The notes: generated by a model from the sequence alone, not told the origin. Numbered from the stretch's first letter, positions 1 to 11,712 are shown. The stretch: DNA of 64,000 bases from Octopus bimaculoides (GCF_001194135.2 NC_068999.1:4918860-4982859), one strand, 5' to 3'. Made by a program: numbers and translations.

Positions 1-284
1 ATATATATATATATATATATGCATACATACATATATATATATATATATATGCATACATACATATATATATATATATATATGCATACATACATACATATAT
101 ATATATATATATGCATACATACATACATATATGTATATATATATATGCATACATATATATATATGCATATAATCTTGTTGTGCAGTTACAGTTCTGCCAG
201 CTCATTGCCTTTCTTAATAATTAAATAATTAAGTAATTACTAAAACGACAATTCACTTTTGTGTTAATTTTTCTCTTTCCACAG

Positions 285-484
285 ATAAGAACCCAGCTAC
301 AGGTTGGTTGGCAGCGTTTCTTTTCGGTGGTTTCTGTTGCCTCAACAAAATCTGTCATGAAAAAGGTGTCACGTTCTACCCCAGCAATGTCTACAATACA
401 CCAAGCACCACTTTGGATTTTGACCATTACAAACGCAGCTTCTTAGTCACAAAAAGTCCTATACTTGGTGAAGAAGATGATTAA
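285..484 (+). CDS. Probable terminal coding exon of an unidentified gene that starts left of the window: (D)KNPATGWLAAFLFGGFCCLNKICHEKGVTFYPSNVYNTPSTTLDFDHYKRSFLVTKSPILGEEDD*
   Basis: Strong acceptor tttttctctttccacAG at 283-284. The phase-1 frame is open to TAA at 482-484 with non-repetitive protein-like composition, and AATAAA follows at 569-574. A second frame (IRTQLQ...) is also open to 446, so the frame is not certain. I do not recognise the protein. Confidence 0.6.
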
Positions 485-568
485 TTCTAGCCACCTGTTT
501 AATTAAAGTTGGATTTTTTTTTTCCTTTTCAGGTAGATATATAATTCTGTATATAAACTTGATTTTCA

Positions 569-574
569 AATAAA
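569..574 (+). terminator. Candidate polyadenylation signal AATAAA for the plus-strand gene
   Basis: AATAAA about 85 nt after the stop at 484; ATTAAA also at 502-507. Motif only. Confidence 0.3.
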
Positions 575-2104
575 ATCTTTTTACCATCTGATTTATAGAG
601 TTGTTGTGTATAGGTGAAGGCATATGAAATATGATATTCCTTACTTGAAAAACAGGTGAGGATTAGTGACAGTAACAGCATCTGACAGTAAAGCAATATA
701 CTCGTATACCTCGGCTGGCAAAGATGAGTTGCCATGATTTACAATGTAGAGCATGGTAAGACTTTGGTGAGGCATGCGTAGAGTTATGCTGAATTTTTAT
801 ACCTTTTCTACACAATATTTAGTATACCAATAGAGAAAGAAGACAATTTGAGAATGAATTATTACAAAAAAAATTCTTTATATCCCTCCTTTTATCAAAT
901 TTTTGACACTTTAGAGACAACAGATCGTTTTCATCTTATTCTGATGTCACTAAAGTGGCAAAAGTTTAATTTCTTTTGAAATAGTGGTCTGTGGAAACAG
1001 ATAATTGCAAATGCATGTGTGTGTGTGTGTATATGTAGTATGGAACTGGTCAGTACTGAGAGCAAAAAGGTACAGAAAAGTCTTCCATCGTTGATACAAA
1101 GGCTTTTGCACTGGAGAAGATTCACGGAATATTTTTTGTTTCTTTTGGAGCATATTTTCCAAAAGTTTATACTGAAATCTTTTCGGAAAATTCACCAGAG
1201 ACCACTTCATTTTGTTTTAACTTTCAGGAAAATGGATATTTTTAATGAAATTCTCTACAAATGTACCTCAGACTATGTAGATTCCGAGGACATAGGAATN
1301 NNNNNNNNNNNNNNNNNNNNNNNNNNNNNNNNNNNNNNNNNNNNNNNNNNNNNNNNNNNNNNNNNNNNNNNNNNNNNNNNNNNNNNNNNNCAGGAGCTAA
1401 TTTTGAGAACATATTCGTTTCCTACACTTTTATTTACATTCATTACAATATATTATTTTTTTCTATCTTGTTTCCAGGTAGAATTGTAAACATTAACCAA
1501 ATTTTGAATAACAAAAATTTAATATCACAAGGGGGCATCAGGATTTTAGAAATGATTTGATGGGGCATGGCTAAAAATTGGTTGGGAACTACTGATGAAT
1601 TGTATCTGTATTTCAAAGAGTGAGGCTTGTTATGATTCTGTATCACAGTGAATCTCTCTCAGAGAACCATGTTATCGGTACGAGTGTCTGTGGAGTGCTC
1701 AGCCACTTGTACGTTCATTTCAAGAAGCATCCAGAACCCACTATAGAGTGGTTGGCATATTAGGAAGGACGTCCAGCCATAGAAACCATGCCAAAGCAAA
1801 CACTGCAGTCCTTGATTCATCAAAAATCCAAGTAAACCATCCAACCCAGGCCAGCAGGGAACATAAGGCATTAAATGATGAGAATACACACATTAAAGTA
1901 TAGTGGTTGGGTATAACTACTAGTTATCATCATCATCATCATTTAACGTCTGTTGTCCATGGTGGCATGGGTTGGACAGTTTGACCAGAGCTGGGGAGCT
2001 GCACCAGACTAATTCCCCCGGTGTTAAATCTCATGTTTATAGCAAGTTTCCTGCAGATAGCAATTCTGAGATGGCTATCAAAGACCTTCCATAAGGGACA
2101 TATT

Positions 2105-2400
2105 TGAGTCGGTGCTTGTATGATGTCTACATCCAGTGTGTGTTGCACATAAGAAACACTGATAGTGAAATTAAATAACATTTTTGGGTTGTTTTAGATT
2201 AAAGTTCTTTTGGGGGTTTCTTTCAGAATTACATAAATTGCATCTTGTAGTACCATTTATGTCAGGTTTGCATCGCTCCAGAATTTTCCATTTGGTGATA
2301 AATTTAATTCCACTGTCTTTTAACCTCCACATGTGAATGGATCGCTTCGTGAAGTTTTTTCTTTTTATGTTTTCCTAAAGGAGAAAATGTGATTAAAGCA
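2105..2400 (-). mobile_element. Degenerate Penelope-like element, GIY-YIG endonuclease C-terminal region
   Basis: The minus strand reads ..FNHIFSFR.. then HMWRLKDSGIKFITKWKILERCKPDINGTTRCNLCNSER and a downstream GCRH. This matches the HxWxLK...WxI...CxLC..E...CRH signature at the end of Penelope-like ORFs. Stops and frameshifts are present. Confidence 0.7.
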
Positions 2401-2489
2401 GCACTCTCTGCCGTTCTCTCCAGCATCGTAGACACACAAAGTGCATCAGCACAAGCAGACAGCACCTTTCCTCCTCCTCCTCATCTCTG

Positions 2490-2636
2490 TTAACTCCATA
2501 CTTTGCATTGCTGTACCAATTTGATCACTTCTGTAAGTGTTTCACGCGAAGTGTCCTTCATGGCAAGAGACAACAAAACCGGTTTCGATGTTGACATACT
2601 CAGCTGAATGTTCTTGGCCAAAACATGGGTCATTGG
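2490..2636 (-). CDS. PSMG3: PSMG3 exon 4 (last coding exon, PMTHVLAKN...CKVWS*)
   Basis: Acceptor ttttgtttttctgttggcAG at 2638-2637; TAA at 2492-2490; 147 nt. Confidence 0.95.
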   Translation of the reverse strand, partial: PMTHVLAKNIQLSMSTSKPVLLSLAMKDTSRETLTEVIKLVQQCKVWS

Positions 2637-4630
2637 CTGCCAACAGAAAAACAAAACAAAAAATAAATATATAAATAAAATGTTAAAACAAATTCTTTAT
2701 AATGGTTTATAATGTTGTTACAAGGTCAAAAATTTTCTGCAGAAAAAGACCAGTTGATTAAAATGGACCCAGAAGTATCAGCCTAGTCCTTATTTTTTAT
2801 CAATCTACTGAAGGATGAAATGGAAACTTCAACCCAAGTGGGATTTGAACTTAAAACCCTACTGTAGCATTTCCATGCTGGCCCAGTTAGATGGCTCTCA
2901 CAAAGCTACCAATGTTTGTTATTGCAAATGTCATATTGGTGAGGGCTTTTGTTTTTATGCAACTGGATGCCCTTCCTGTCACCAACTAATAATTGGTGAA
3001 CATAAAGGGATGTAATTACTACCGGACATTTTGTCCAACAGATTTGGATATCGACTACTATGAATAAATGGTTTTATAATAACAACTAAAGAATCGGGTC
3101 CAGATGAGATTTTGTTGTTAAAATTTATGTCACAAATTAGTTATTCTTCAACATTACGCAAAATATTTTAGCAATTTTCTTTTTATACACTCCCTAATAT
3201 TTAACTATAAAATTATAGTAGGATTTTTTTTTTAAACATAGAATGGCTACGAGGGTCCACACGAATAAAATAGGAATCGAAGGGGCCAAGAGGGGTTGAT
3301 GAGTGAAAAATGGTTGAGAATCACTGCTCTACACAAAGGAGGGTAACATAAAAAATGTCTAAGGTGATGGTTCTTACCTCATCTTTTCCCAGTAAAACCT
3401 TCGATGACACAAAAGGGTTTCTCTGCGAATCGATCACATTCTCTGGAGAAAGTCGAATCTGTTGGGACAAAGAGAAACTACGTTAGTCAAGCAGCTGGAT
3501 CTAATCATTAGAGGAGTTAATTACAAATAGAAGTGGGGCAACCGAGAGGAGTATGAGAGGTAAGAGAGAAGATTATGGAAGGACTGAAGGAAAGTAAAAT
3601 TAAATAAGATATTACAGTTACGATCTGTGTGTGCCTTTATGAGTGGGTCTCTCGAGGTTAATAATGCAACATTCGGTGTTCTATCAAAGCATCTAAGTTT
3701 ATTCATCATCATCATCATCATCGTTTAACGTCCGCTTTCCATGCTAGCATGGGTTGGACGATTTGACTGAGGACTGGTGAAACCGGATGGCAACACCAGG
3801 CTCCAGTCTGATTTGGCAGAGTTTCTACAGCTGGATGCCCTTCCTAACGCCAACCACTCATATATATGATAGATAGATAGATATAGATATATATTATACA
3901 AAAACTCAATGTTTGTTTCCTTGCCCTTTAATTAATATGATAAAGATTATAAATAAAACAGTCATTTTCCGCTTTAAGTAAAAAAAAAAAAAATCAAGTT
4001 GAAAATGGTGATACTTCATAGTTGTTGCAGCTACTGCCATCCATCTTTTTTTTTTTTTTTTGTTCCCTTAATAATTTATAAATGATTTCAGAGTGCCATA
4101 GACTGAAAAATAGAAATTCTCTCTATATTTTCATAAGAAACAGATACTTACCAATGTACCAATTTTCATGTATTGTGTGACTATCAGGAAGATATAATCC
4201 TCATAGGAGCTACACACCACTTCTGTCTGGTTACCATTGATTTCAGCTGATGCCTGGAAGAATGGAAATAATAATGATTAATAGTTCGCTTTATGTGGGT
4301 GTGGGAGAGGGTGGTGGATATTTTACTTGTTTCAGTGGCCATGCTGGGGCAATGCCTTGAAGAATTTTAGCTGAATGAATTGACCCCCAGAACTTTTTTT
4401 TTTCTGGTAAAGCCTGGTACTTATTCTATAGGCCTCTTTTGCTGAACTGCGAAGTCACAGGGACATAAACACACCAACACTGGTTGTCAAACAGTGGTTG
4501 GGGACAAACACAGACTCAATGACACACACACACTATACATACCAACATCAATTGGTGGTGGGGACAAACACACACAAATAATACATACATATATATATCG
4601 TTTAACGTCCGCTTTCCATGCTAGCATGGG

Positions 4631-4674
<44 letters not shown>

Positions 4675-7600
4675 GATGGACTTCATTCAGTTTCCGACAA
4701 CCACATCCACTCACAAGGCTTTGGTTTGCCCAAAGCTATATTAGAAGACACTCGCCAAAGTGCCATGTAGTGGGAGTGAACCCAGAACCATGCGGTTGGA
4801 AAGCAAGCTTCTTACCACACAGCCACTCCTGCACCTTATATATATATTTATATATAATATACACAGACATTTCAAAAGTAGATAGAAAAGGTATTATGCT
4901 TAAAAAAAAACAATAAGTTTTGGGGTTAATTCATTCAAGTAAAATTCTTTAAGGTGCTCCAGCATGGCTGCAGTCTAATGACCGAAACAAGACAAAAGAT
5001 CTGCATACACATTAATATGCACTCACACACTCATAAATAATTAACACAAAGCAATACACATACAGACAGAAAGACACTCAGATACACACATACAACATTG
5101 CAAACACACACACACAAACACACACGTGTAGAGAGAAGAAACACTTACAGATGTTAATAAACACACCCAAAGTGAGAGAGAGAGAAAACGGTTTTGTTTA
5201 ACAAATTAAAGTGGTGGGGGGGGGGGGGCAACAAGGACAATCAAACAAAAGTAACAATGAAACAACCACACACAGACAAAGGATATAAATACCACAACAA
5301 TACACATACACAAACATAATCACTTTCAAAGTTATAACCAGATTTTAATCGGTGATTGCTTAAGTTGCTAGAAATAACAGCCAAATCTCCCTCAAACACA
5401 ACTGACTTAAAATGGAAACTGGACAATAGGGTTGTTGGTGTACAAAAGACTAAATAGTCACATTTGGAATGTCTTTGACCAATAATCCTGTCCAATCCAG
5501 GACTGGCTTAGAGCTGGACAATTACAGAAACATCGGTCAGCTTGCAAGAAACAGCAGCTAAATTTCTTCTGAAACCCATCCAATGGAAAAGAAATGAGTA
5601 TGGGGAAGAAGAGACACATTGGATAATGTATTCCAAGGTATCCTATTCCCGCTAACAAGATAGGTTAGTCATAGCTGGAAAGTGTTTGACTAACCTATCA
5701 AGAACAACCTGGGGCTAAATAAGATCAGGAACAGGAACAAACACAGGATCCAGAAGGATTGGTTTGAAGGAAATCTTGATGAAAAAATTCTAAGTAGTTT
5801 GACAAATAACGATAAACAACAATAATATCCTGTGTTTGTGAATGTTGGATGGTCAACAGTTATGAATAAGAGGACCCAATTTTTGTTTCTTTAACACGGC
5901 TACAATAACAGACAGACAGATGTCATTCTCTAAACGTAGTCTGGTTATTTCGACATCGGTCGCTGGATCTTTAACTCCCTCTGGAATGAAGCCACAACAA
6001 CAATAGCCATAACAACTACAAACATACACAGTGTCCTCTTAAAAAAAAAACAAAGTCTAGTTATTCGGACATGATGCCAGATAGACAGCAGCTGCAAATA
6101 AGGTGACCCAGCTTGTATTTCTTCAAAACAGTCACAACAACAACTCTAGCAACAAACACACAGACCATTCTTGAAACGCAGCCTGGTGATTTGGACACCG
6201 GTCAATGGATCTTTAACAACTGCAGCTTCTAAAACCACAACAACAATAACACTGGTGCAATGAGCAACGTTTTTTTAAATGGCCAAATAATAATAAGTAA
6301 ATTCTTAGAAGTGACCGGTTGCTGTCCTAATACTACAATATAACCGGTACATGCAGTATCAGTCACCAGCACAGGTCAACTGGAGGGAGTGACGAACAAA
6401 AAAAAAAAAAAACGGTAGAATTTGAACCAGCAAAGGTTGACACCGAAAAGCATCTTGACCCACATCTCAAAACGTCACCTTGATTTGAACCTGTTGTGTC
6501 CCCGTGACTAGAGTGAAGACCAAAACCATGTTGACCCGAATGTTAGCGGCAAAACTGGAAAGGAAGAAACAGCAGGAATTGGAAAGGTGAGAAATTCTTC
6601 CTCCTCTTTTCATGTGACTCTGGTTTCACCGTTGTTGTTGTTGCATAGGCATAGGTCACCTCGATCCAGCAATCCTATGATCAGAAGCTGTCCAGCTGTG
6701 ACCATCCTGTCTTTTTCTTTTACATCCTTGGACTATATCATCTAAAATAGCCTTCATTTTCTTTCTTTTAAAAAAAGCATTTCAAACAGTCATATCTCAT
6801 CCACTGGTGTTATGTTCAAACCAGCCAGCTCCAGCCTCTTACACCTACCCTACAATGTCATCTGAAAAAAAAACAATCACATCAAAATCTTGAAGCTATG
6901 AGATTATCCATGATTAATTCAAAACAATGTGAATAAAAAAGCATTACATTGGACAGAGTAATCCAAATGTTAAAAGGTTAAGATAACAAGCGATGATATG
7001 AGGATATATGGCTATTATTTCTGGCAGGTCAATCAACTATGTGATTGTCCACAGATTCACAATTTTCAGCTTAATTTACTTCTGTCTGTCTGTCTGTCAC
7101 TCTCTCTCTTAATTACTGTAATGGTTGTACAAGTAACAGGTAGCTGATGGCAGGTAAAAATTTAATCACACAGGATTCGAACTCAGAACATACAGGGACA
7201 CAACTAAATCACACACACACATAAAGACACAAAAAACTCTCTCTCCCTCACACACACACACACACACACAAAGTCTCATCTGTAGAATTTACCATTCACC
7301 AAGAGAAAGAGGTCATTGTTTCTTTATTGATAACCAACAAGACTGACCAACCTTTTATTCATTTTAACACTGACCTCTAACATATTAAAGAGGAGTCTAA
7401 GTGTAGACATATGTGTGTGTGTGTGTGTGTGTGTGTGTAAACAATAAGATCATTTCCAGTTGTTTAAATTGAAACATTGTTAATAGCAACACTGCTGCTG
7501 CTACTACTACTACCACTACCGCTGCAGCCACTTCTATTTCCACTACAATCACCACCATCATTTCCGTAACTACCACCACCACCACCACCGTAACTGAAAC

Positions 7601-10600
7601 TCTACCAGAACCAACAAGGATACCTGCATGTGGTTCCTTGTTCTGCTAGAAAGAACAGCTAAATTCCTCCCAACCCACACAGCACACCACCATCGTCAAA
7701 CTGAATGTGTACATCGTCTGATAATAAGAAAGAATGGCTGTCAATGGAACATTTCAATCATAGGTATTGCTTGGTCAAGACTGACCAAGGGCAAAGCAAG
7801 AACTCTACCTCTGCAACTCAAATCACCACGACCACCACTACAACCCAATCTATATGGTCAGCATAACTACTGAAGAACAACTGTCACCTCACCAAATCCA
7901 CCTGGTGGCTATCCATAACAACATACAGCTACACCATGAACAAGGGGACTTGGACACTCTTTCATGAACTGTTAGAAATAGTAGTGAAATCCTCCTCAAA
8001 TTCCAATCTTAAGATTGGATGGGCACACTAGACAATGTAGCTGTAGAGATACAAAAAGTGAAGAGACATGTAAAAAGCACCCACTACACTCTTGGAGTGG
8101 TTGGTGTCAGGAAGAGCATCCAGCTGTAGAACCAATGCCAGCTCACCACCTTTAATAACAATAATAATAATGGGCTACAGCAAATATTCTGCTCAGTACC
8201 ACAGATTTACTTGTCAGTTGTTTGACCTTAACCAGTTGCGCATGTCCCTCAGTGGCTGACGATATCTGCATCTCTGATCGTGAGCAGAAGTAGTGGGGGA
8301 GCATCATGGCCATGTGTTGAGAGGAATTCTTTAGGGTTTGGATAATTCACTTCTGGAAACATGGGTGTGTCGTTCAACATCCTTAAACAACTCTTATTCA
8401 GGGACCTTTTGATCTTGAGCTGGATGGAAATTCGAACCTGAAGAAAATTCGAACTGGGCCCCACCTGCGAGGTCATGCGCTATTTATCTTGGTATGAGAT
8501 CACCATGTAGAGCACATGTGGTTGTGATGCATGTGCTTGGGCTTCGTATATTTTACCTAATTGTCACTTTGATGGTATGCACTGCTCTCTCACTCAATAA
8601 TAATACTAATAATAATAGTTTCAAATTTTGCCACAAGGGCAACAATTTTGAGGGAAGGAGCCCGAGTCGATTACATCGACCCCAGTGTTCAATTGGTACT
8701 TATTTTATCAACCCCAGAAAGATGAAAGGTAAAGTTGACCTCGGTGGAATTTGAACTCAGAACACAGCAATGGGCGAAATACCATTTCATCCAGTGCACT
8801 AACAATTCTGCCAGCTCGCCGCCTTAATAATAATAGGTATGACATAGAGTCAGCCTGTCTGGGAGCTGACCTGGGGCTAAACTGCAACTGGCTGTGTAGC
8901 ACAGAACAGGTTGATTCAGGGCGCTCACCTGGGTTCAAGACTATAACAGTAAGTGAGTGTACAACAGTCGGCCATCTTGACTGAGAAGTGACTTTGGGTC
9001 AAACAACAACTGGTTATGTAGCACAGAGCAGCCTAACTAGACAAACAGACAGACGAAAACAAAGGCATGTTGTAATACAATAGTTTAAAGTTCATCTCTT
9101 AGTACTCCAGACAAACAGGCTTTTTACAGCAAATTCACATCCCAACACACACCCATATACAATAATGAGTATTAATTAAGCAGAACATGGAAGGTGAGAG
9201 GCTGGGGGGTCAGGTGGTGTTATTTAGTCCAACTCCCAAAATATACTCCACCCCCAACACAACAACCCCATTACTATAACAGACTAACCCCATCACGACT
9301 ACAGTTACTTTTAAAAACCCTTTATCACCAACATGCCAGACATTGCTACTACAACCCCAACACACCATTACAGACTCCCACCCATACAGTGGAATATTAT
9401 GGCATAACATTTATTCCATTGTTTATTATTATTTGTATTATTATTATTATTATTATTTTGTTTTGGGGGCCAAATACACATCATAATCATTTCCCTAGGG
9501 TTCAGTTGGTCTATTGTCCCCTATGAAGTGTGACCAGAACAAAAGCATAAAAGGCACCTGCCAAACACAACAATGAAGAATTTATTGAGCCATAGCAATG
9601 AGTCACCATCCATCACCACCACAGCAACCCACAGTCCACGTAGCAAGGTGTAGGGGGGGGGACCAATTTGGAAGAGAGAGAGAGGCTGTCTCACCTACAT
9701 CACACCCGTCCACCCTAGAATACTGTCACTGGACAGGAAACTCGTTTCTAAACAATGTCCAATGTTGGTACATCTTACAGGGAGTGGAGAGATGTTGTGA
9801 TGTTCATGCTTTTGCCAACCGTGTAATATGACTGCAATGAGTGTGGAGTCCCCACATTGATGGGTATAAGGCTACAAATGTTGGGAAAGGGTGCAGTGCC
9901 CCTTGCAANNNNNNNNNNNNNNNNNNNNNNNNNNNNNNNNNNNNNNNNNNNNNNNNNNNNNNNNNNNNNNNNNNNNNNNNNNNNNNNNNNNNNNNNNNNN
10001 NNNNNNNNNNNNNNNNNNNNTAGCATTGATCACAAGAACAATAAGATTATTCTTTTTGGTGGGAGGGGAGGGAGTGGGCTTCAGAAAAATGAAATACAAA
10101 ACAAAACAGCAAAGAAGAAACAATGGTGGTGGTGGGGATTGCATAAGAGTGAAGACTATAATAAATGCATGTTCATAAATGATAAATAACAATGGTAATA
10201 TAGAACAATAGAACAAGGCGGTGAGCTGGCAGAAACGTTAGCACGCTGGGCTAAATGCTTGGCAGTAGCTCGTCTGTCTTTATGTTCTGAGTTCAAATTA
10301 TGCCGAGGTCGACTTTGCCTTTCATCCTTTCCGGATCGATAAATTAAGTACCAGTTGCACACTGAGATTGATCTAATCGACTGCAACCCCCCACCCTAAC
10401 TTCCCAAAAATTTCAGGCCTTGTGCCTAGAGTACAAAAGAATATAGAACAATAGCTAGCAACAATAAGGGATCCCCTGCCTAAGGGACGAGTGAGTTATT
10501 ACGACTTAACTAACAACGTGGATAATCTCAGAAGCTTTTAACCGTGAAATGATAATAAACAATGACGAAAATTGTAAATTTACTTCATACATTGCAAGTT

Positions 10601-11586
10601 TCTTGTGCTTAATGAGATCTAAATGAATTTTCTATATCAGGTTGAGCAACTGCGTGGATTCTACACAGTCGATCGACCTGCTAGAAACAGCAGAAAACTA
10701 CTCGTGTCTCATTTTATTGTTAACTATGTTACCTCACCGAAACCCCCTAAACTTTAATGCTACCTTCGACATGCCCGGCGCCTCCTTAGAGGCGGTACCC
10801 TCTGCGTTTGATTTGAGAACCTCTAGTTTAGTTGAACAAATTGATTCCAGTACTTATTCTATCGGTATCTTTGGCCGAGCTGTTAAGTTACAGGGACGTA
10901 AACAAAACCATCACCAGTTATCAAACACACACATATTCATATACGACGGGGTTTTTTTCAGCTTCCGTCTATCAAATCCAATGACAAGGTATTCATCGAT
11001 CCGGGGTTGTTGGACGCAGGACAGCACCCGGAACCATTTAGTTGGCCAGCGCCTATATACTTTAACTTTGTGTTCCTTCTGTTGTGTTTGTAAATAATGC
11101 TATATCGTTGGCATATACGAAATGGAGACAGTTCTTCGTGGTATAATGGCTGGACAGATGGTTTCCTTTCATTGTTTCTTTTCCATTATACGTACAGATA
11201 ATTCATGTGAAATATATGTAACGGTAGTTCGTCCGTTTTTGCATTCCGAGTTCAAATTCCGCCGAGATTGACTTTGCTTTTCATCCTTGAGCACTGGTGG
11301 GGAGCTCGATGTCTCCGACTAGCCTCATTCGTTCAAATTTCAAAAGCTTGTGCTCGTGGTACGAAGCATTACGTTGTTTATAAACACGCGGTGTTCGATA
11401 CGGTTGCTCCATTGATGTTAAATATGAAGATAGAATAGAGACAGAGAGAAGATGAAAGTTATGGAGAAGGATGCTGCGGTGGAGAACCACGTCTGGTGAA
11501 AATAACAAAGACCAGAGACGTACCTGTTTGGAGTGAACTGGGAAAGTTTCGGTCGGACCGGCGCCAAATGATGTGGGAGCCGCCAT
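2490..11586 (-). CDS. PSMG3: Proteasome assembly chaperone 3 (PAC3), spliced gene join(11586-11524,4253-4152,3458-3378,2636-2490), 130 aa
   Basis: Spliced product MAAPTSFGAGPTETFPVHSKQ-ASAEINGNQTEVVCSSYEDYIFLIVTQYMKIGTL-IRLSPENVIDSQRNPFVSSKVLLGKDE-PMTHVLAKNIQLSMSTSKPVLLSLAMKDTSRETLTEVIKLVQQCKVWS*. It aligns by eye along its whole length with vertebrate PSMG3 (VTQxxKxGTL, KVLLGxDEP, AKN, VLLxxAxKD, C-terminal CxVW). All junctions are GT-AG and in frame. Confidence 0.95.
3230..3326 (-). mobile_element. Possible hAT-type MITE terminus
   Basis: The minus strand reads tagagCAGTGATTCTCAACCATTTT, resembling the CAGTGGTTCTCAA terminus of hAT MITEs. The other end was not identified. Confidence 0.3.
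3378..3458 (-). CDS. PSMG3: PSMG3 exon 3 (IRLSPEN...KVLLGKDE)
   Basis: Acceptor tttctctttgtcccaacAG; donor GAG|GTAAGA; 81 nt, phase 0/0. Confidence 0.95.
3703..3859 (-). mobile_element. SINE family C 3' portion (..ggaagggcatccagctgtagaa..gcatggaaagcggacgttaaac(GAT)n), young copy
   Basis: The same module recurs at about 1745-1880(+), 1925-2050(-), 14320-14430, 19010-19180(-), 20360-20545(+), 23351-23510(+), 29050-29200(-), 35448-35690(+), 42540-42780(-), 47965-48140(+), 51601-52017(+), 55935-56058(+), 58060-58260(-) and 59830-59990(-). The (GAT)n tail is RTE-like. Confidence 0.85.
4152..4253 (-). CDS. PSMG3: PSMG3 exon 2 (ASAEINGNQ...VTQYMKIGTL)
   Basis: Acceptor tttccattcttccAG; donor TTG|GTAAGT; 102 nt, phase 0/0. 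Confidence 0.95.
4321..4836 (-). mobile_element. SINE family A, near full length, interrupted in its internal (TA)n
   Basis: Reverse complement of the element at 28262-28675 (tRNA-like head, gtggcac..caagtgtcttc core, gactgaaacaagtaaaag tail). Confidence 0.85.
6790..6981 (-). mobile_element. piggyBac-like MITE, partial copy
   Basis: The reverse complement aligns with 27505-27726 (ttaacc..attcacatt..atgtgattgt..atgacattgta.ggt..gagaggctg..tttgaacat). Confidence 0.6.
8619..8824 (-). mobile_element. SINE family B with 12-bp target-site duplication TAATAATAATAG
   Basis: Head ggcgagctggcagaattgttagtgcac and core gaggtcaactttacctttcatc..gataaaataagtacc. TSD at 8607-8618 and 8825-8836. Confidence 0.85.
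10212..10439 (+). mobile_element. SINE family B, full length, with 15-bp TSD AATATAGAACAATAG
   Basis: tRNA-like head ggcggtgagctggcagaaacgttagcacg...gagttcaaatt (B-box-like). TSD at 10197-10211 and 10440-10454. Further copies at about 2735-2880, 11240-11290, 14540-14745, 33915-34430 (several), 53215-53385, 53596-53815, 57360-57470, 60665-60790 and 63755-63925. Confidence 0.9.
10820..11056 (-). mobile_element. SINE family A, diverged and internally deleted copy
   Basis: Contains tacttattctatcgg, aagttacagggacgtaaac and cagcttccgtctatcaaatcc modules of family A. Confidence 0.7.
11524..11586 (-). CDS. PSMG3: PSMG3 exon 1 coding part (MAAPTSFGAGPTETFPVHSKQ)
   Basis: ATG in gtaATGGCGG context; donor CAG|GTACGT at 11523; 63 nt, phase 0. 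PVHSKQ aligns with vertebrate PLVISKQ. Confidence 0.85.
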
Positions 11587-11700
11587 TACAAGAGAGGAGC
11601 CTTCTTTCGTCACTTCCGGTTGCTGAACCGGGAGAGTGAAAAATAACCGACAAATAGAGAAGAATTCTATGGTAGGCCGACGCCGTAACAATATTATTCG
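11579..11700 (-). promoter_or_regulatory. PSMG3 core promoter / 5' UTR: ETS (GABP/ELK-type) site and YY1-like motif
   Basis: ACCGGAAGTG on the minus strand at 11620-11611. ATGGCGGC overlapping the start codon resembles YY1. The local CpG enrichment is typical of TATA-less housekeeping promoters. Confidence 0.6.
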
Positions 11701-11712
11701 CATTATAATATA

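Noticed and set aside
8990-9908. Non-SINE segment in PSMG3 intron 1 as a nested gene
   Set aside because: No long ORF, recognisable motif or consistent splice sites. It is probably an old unclassified repeat and is cut by a gap.
11281-11703. 140-aa ORF MRIILLRRR... as a single-exon gene or extended PSMG3 N-terminus
   Set aside because: Only MAAPTS...HSKQ, up to the GT donor at 11523, fits PAC3. The upstream ATG lies beyond the ETS/promoter motifs, and the downstream part is intron.
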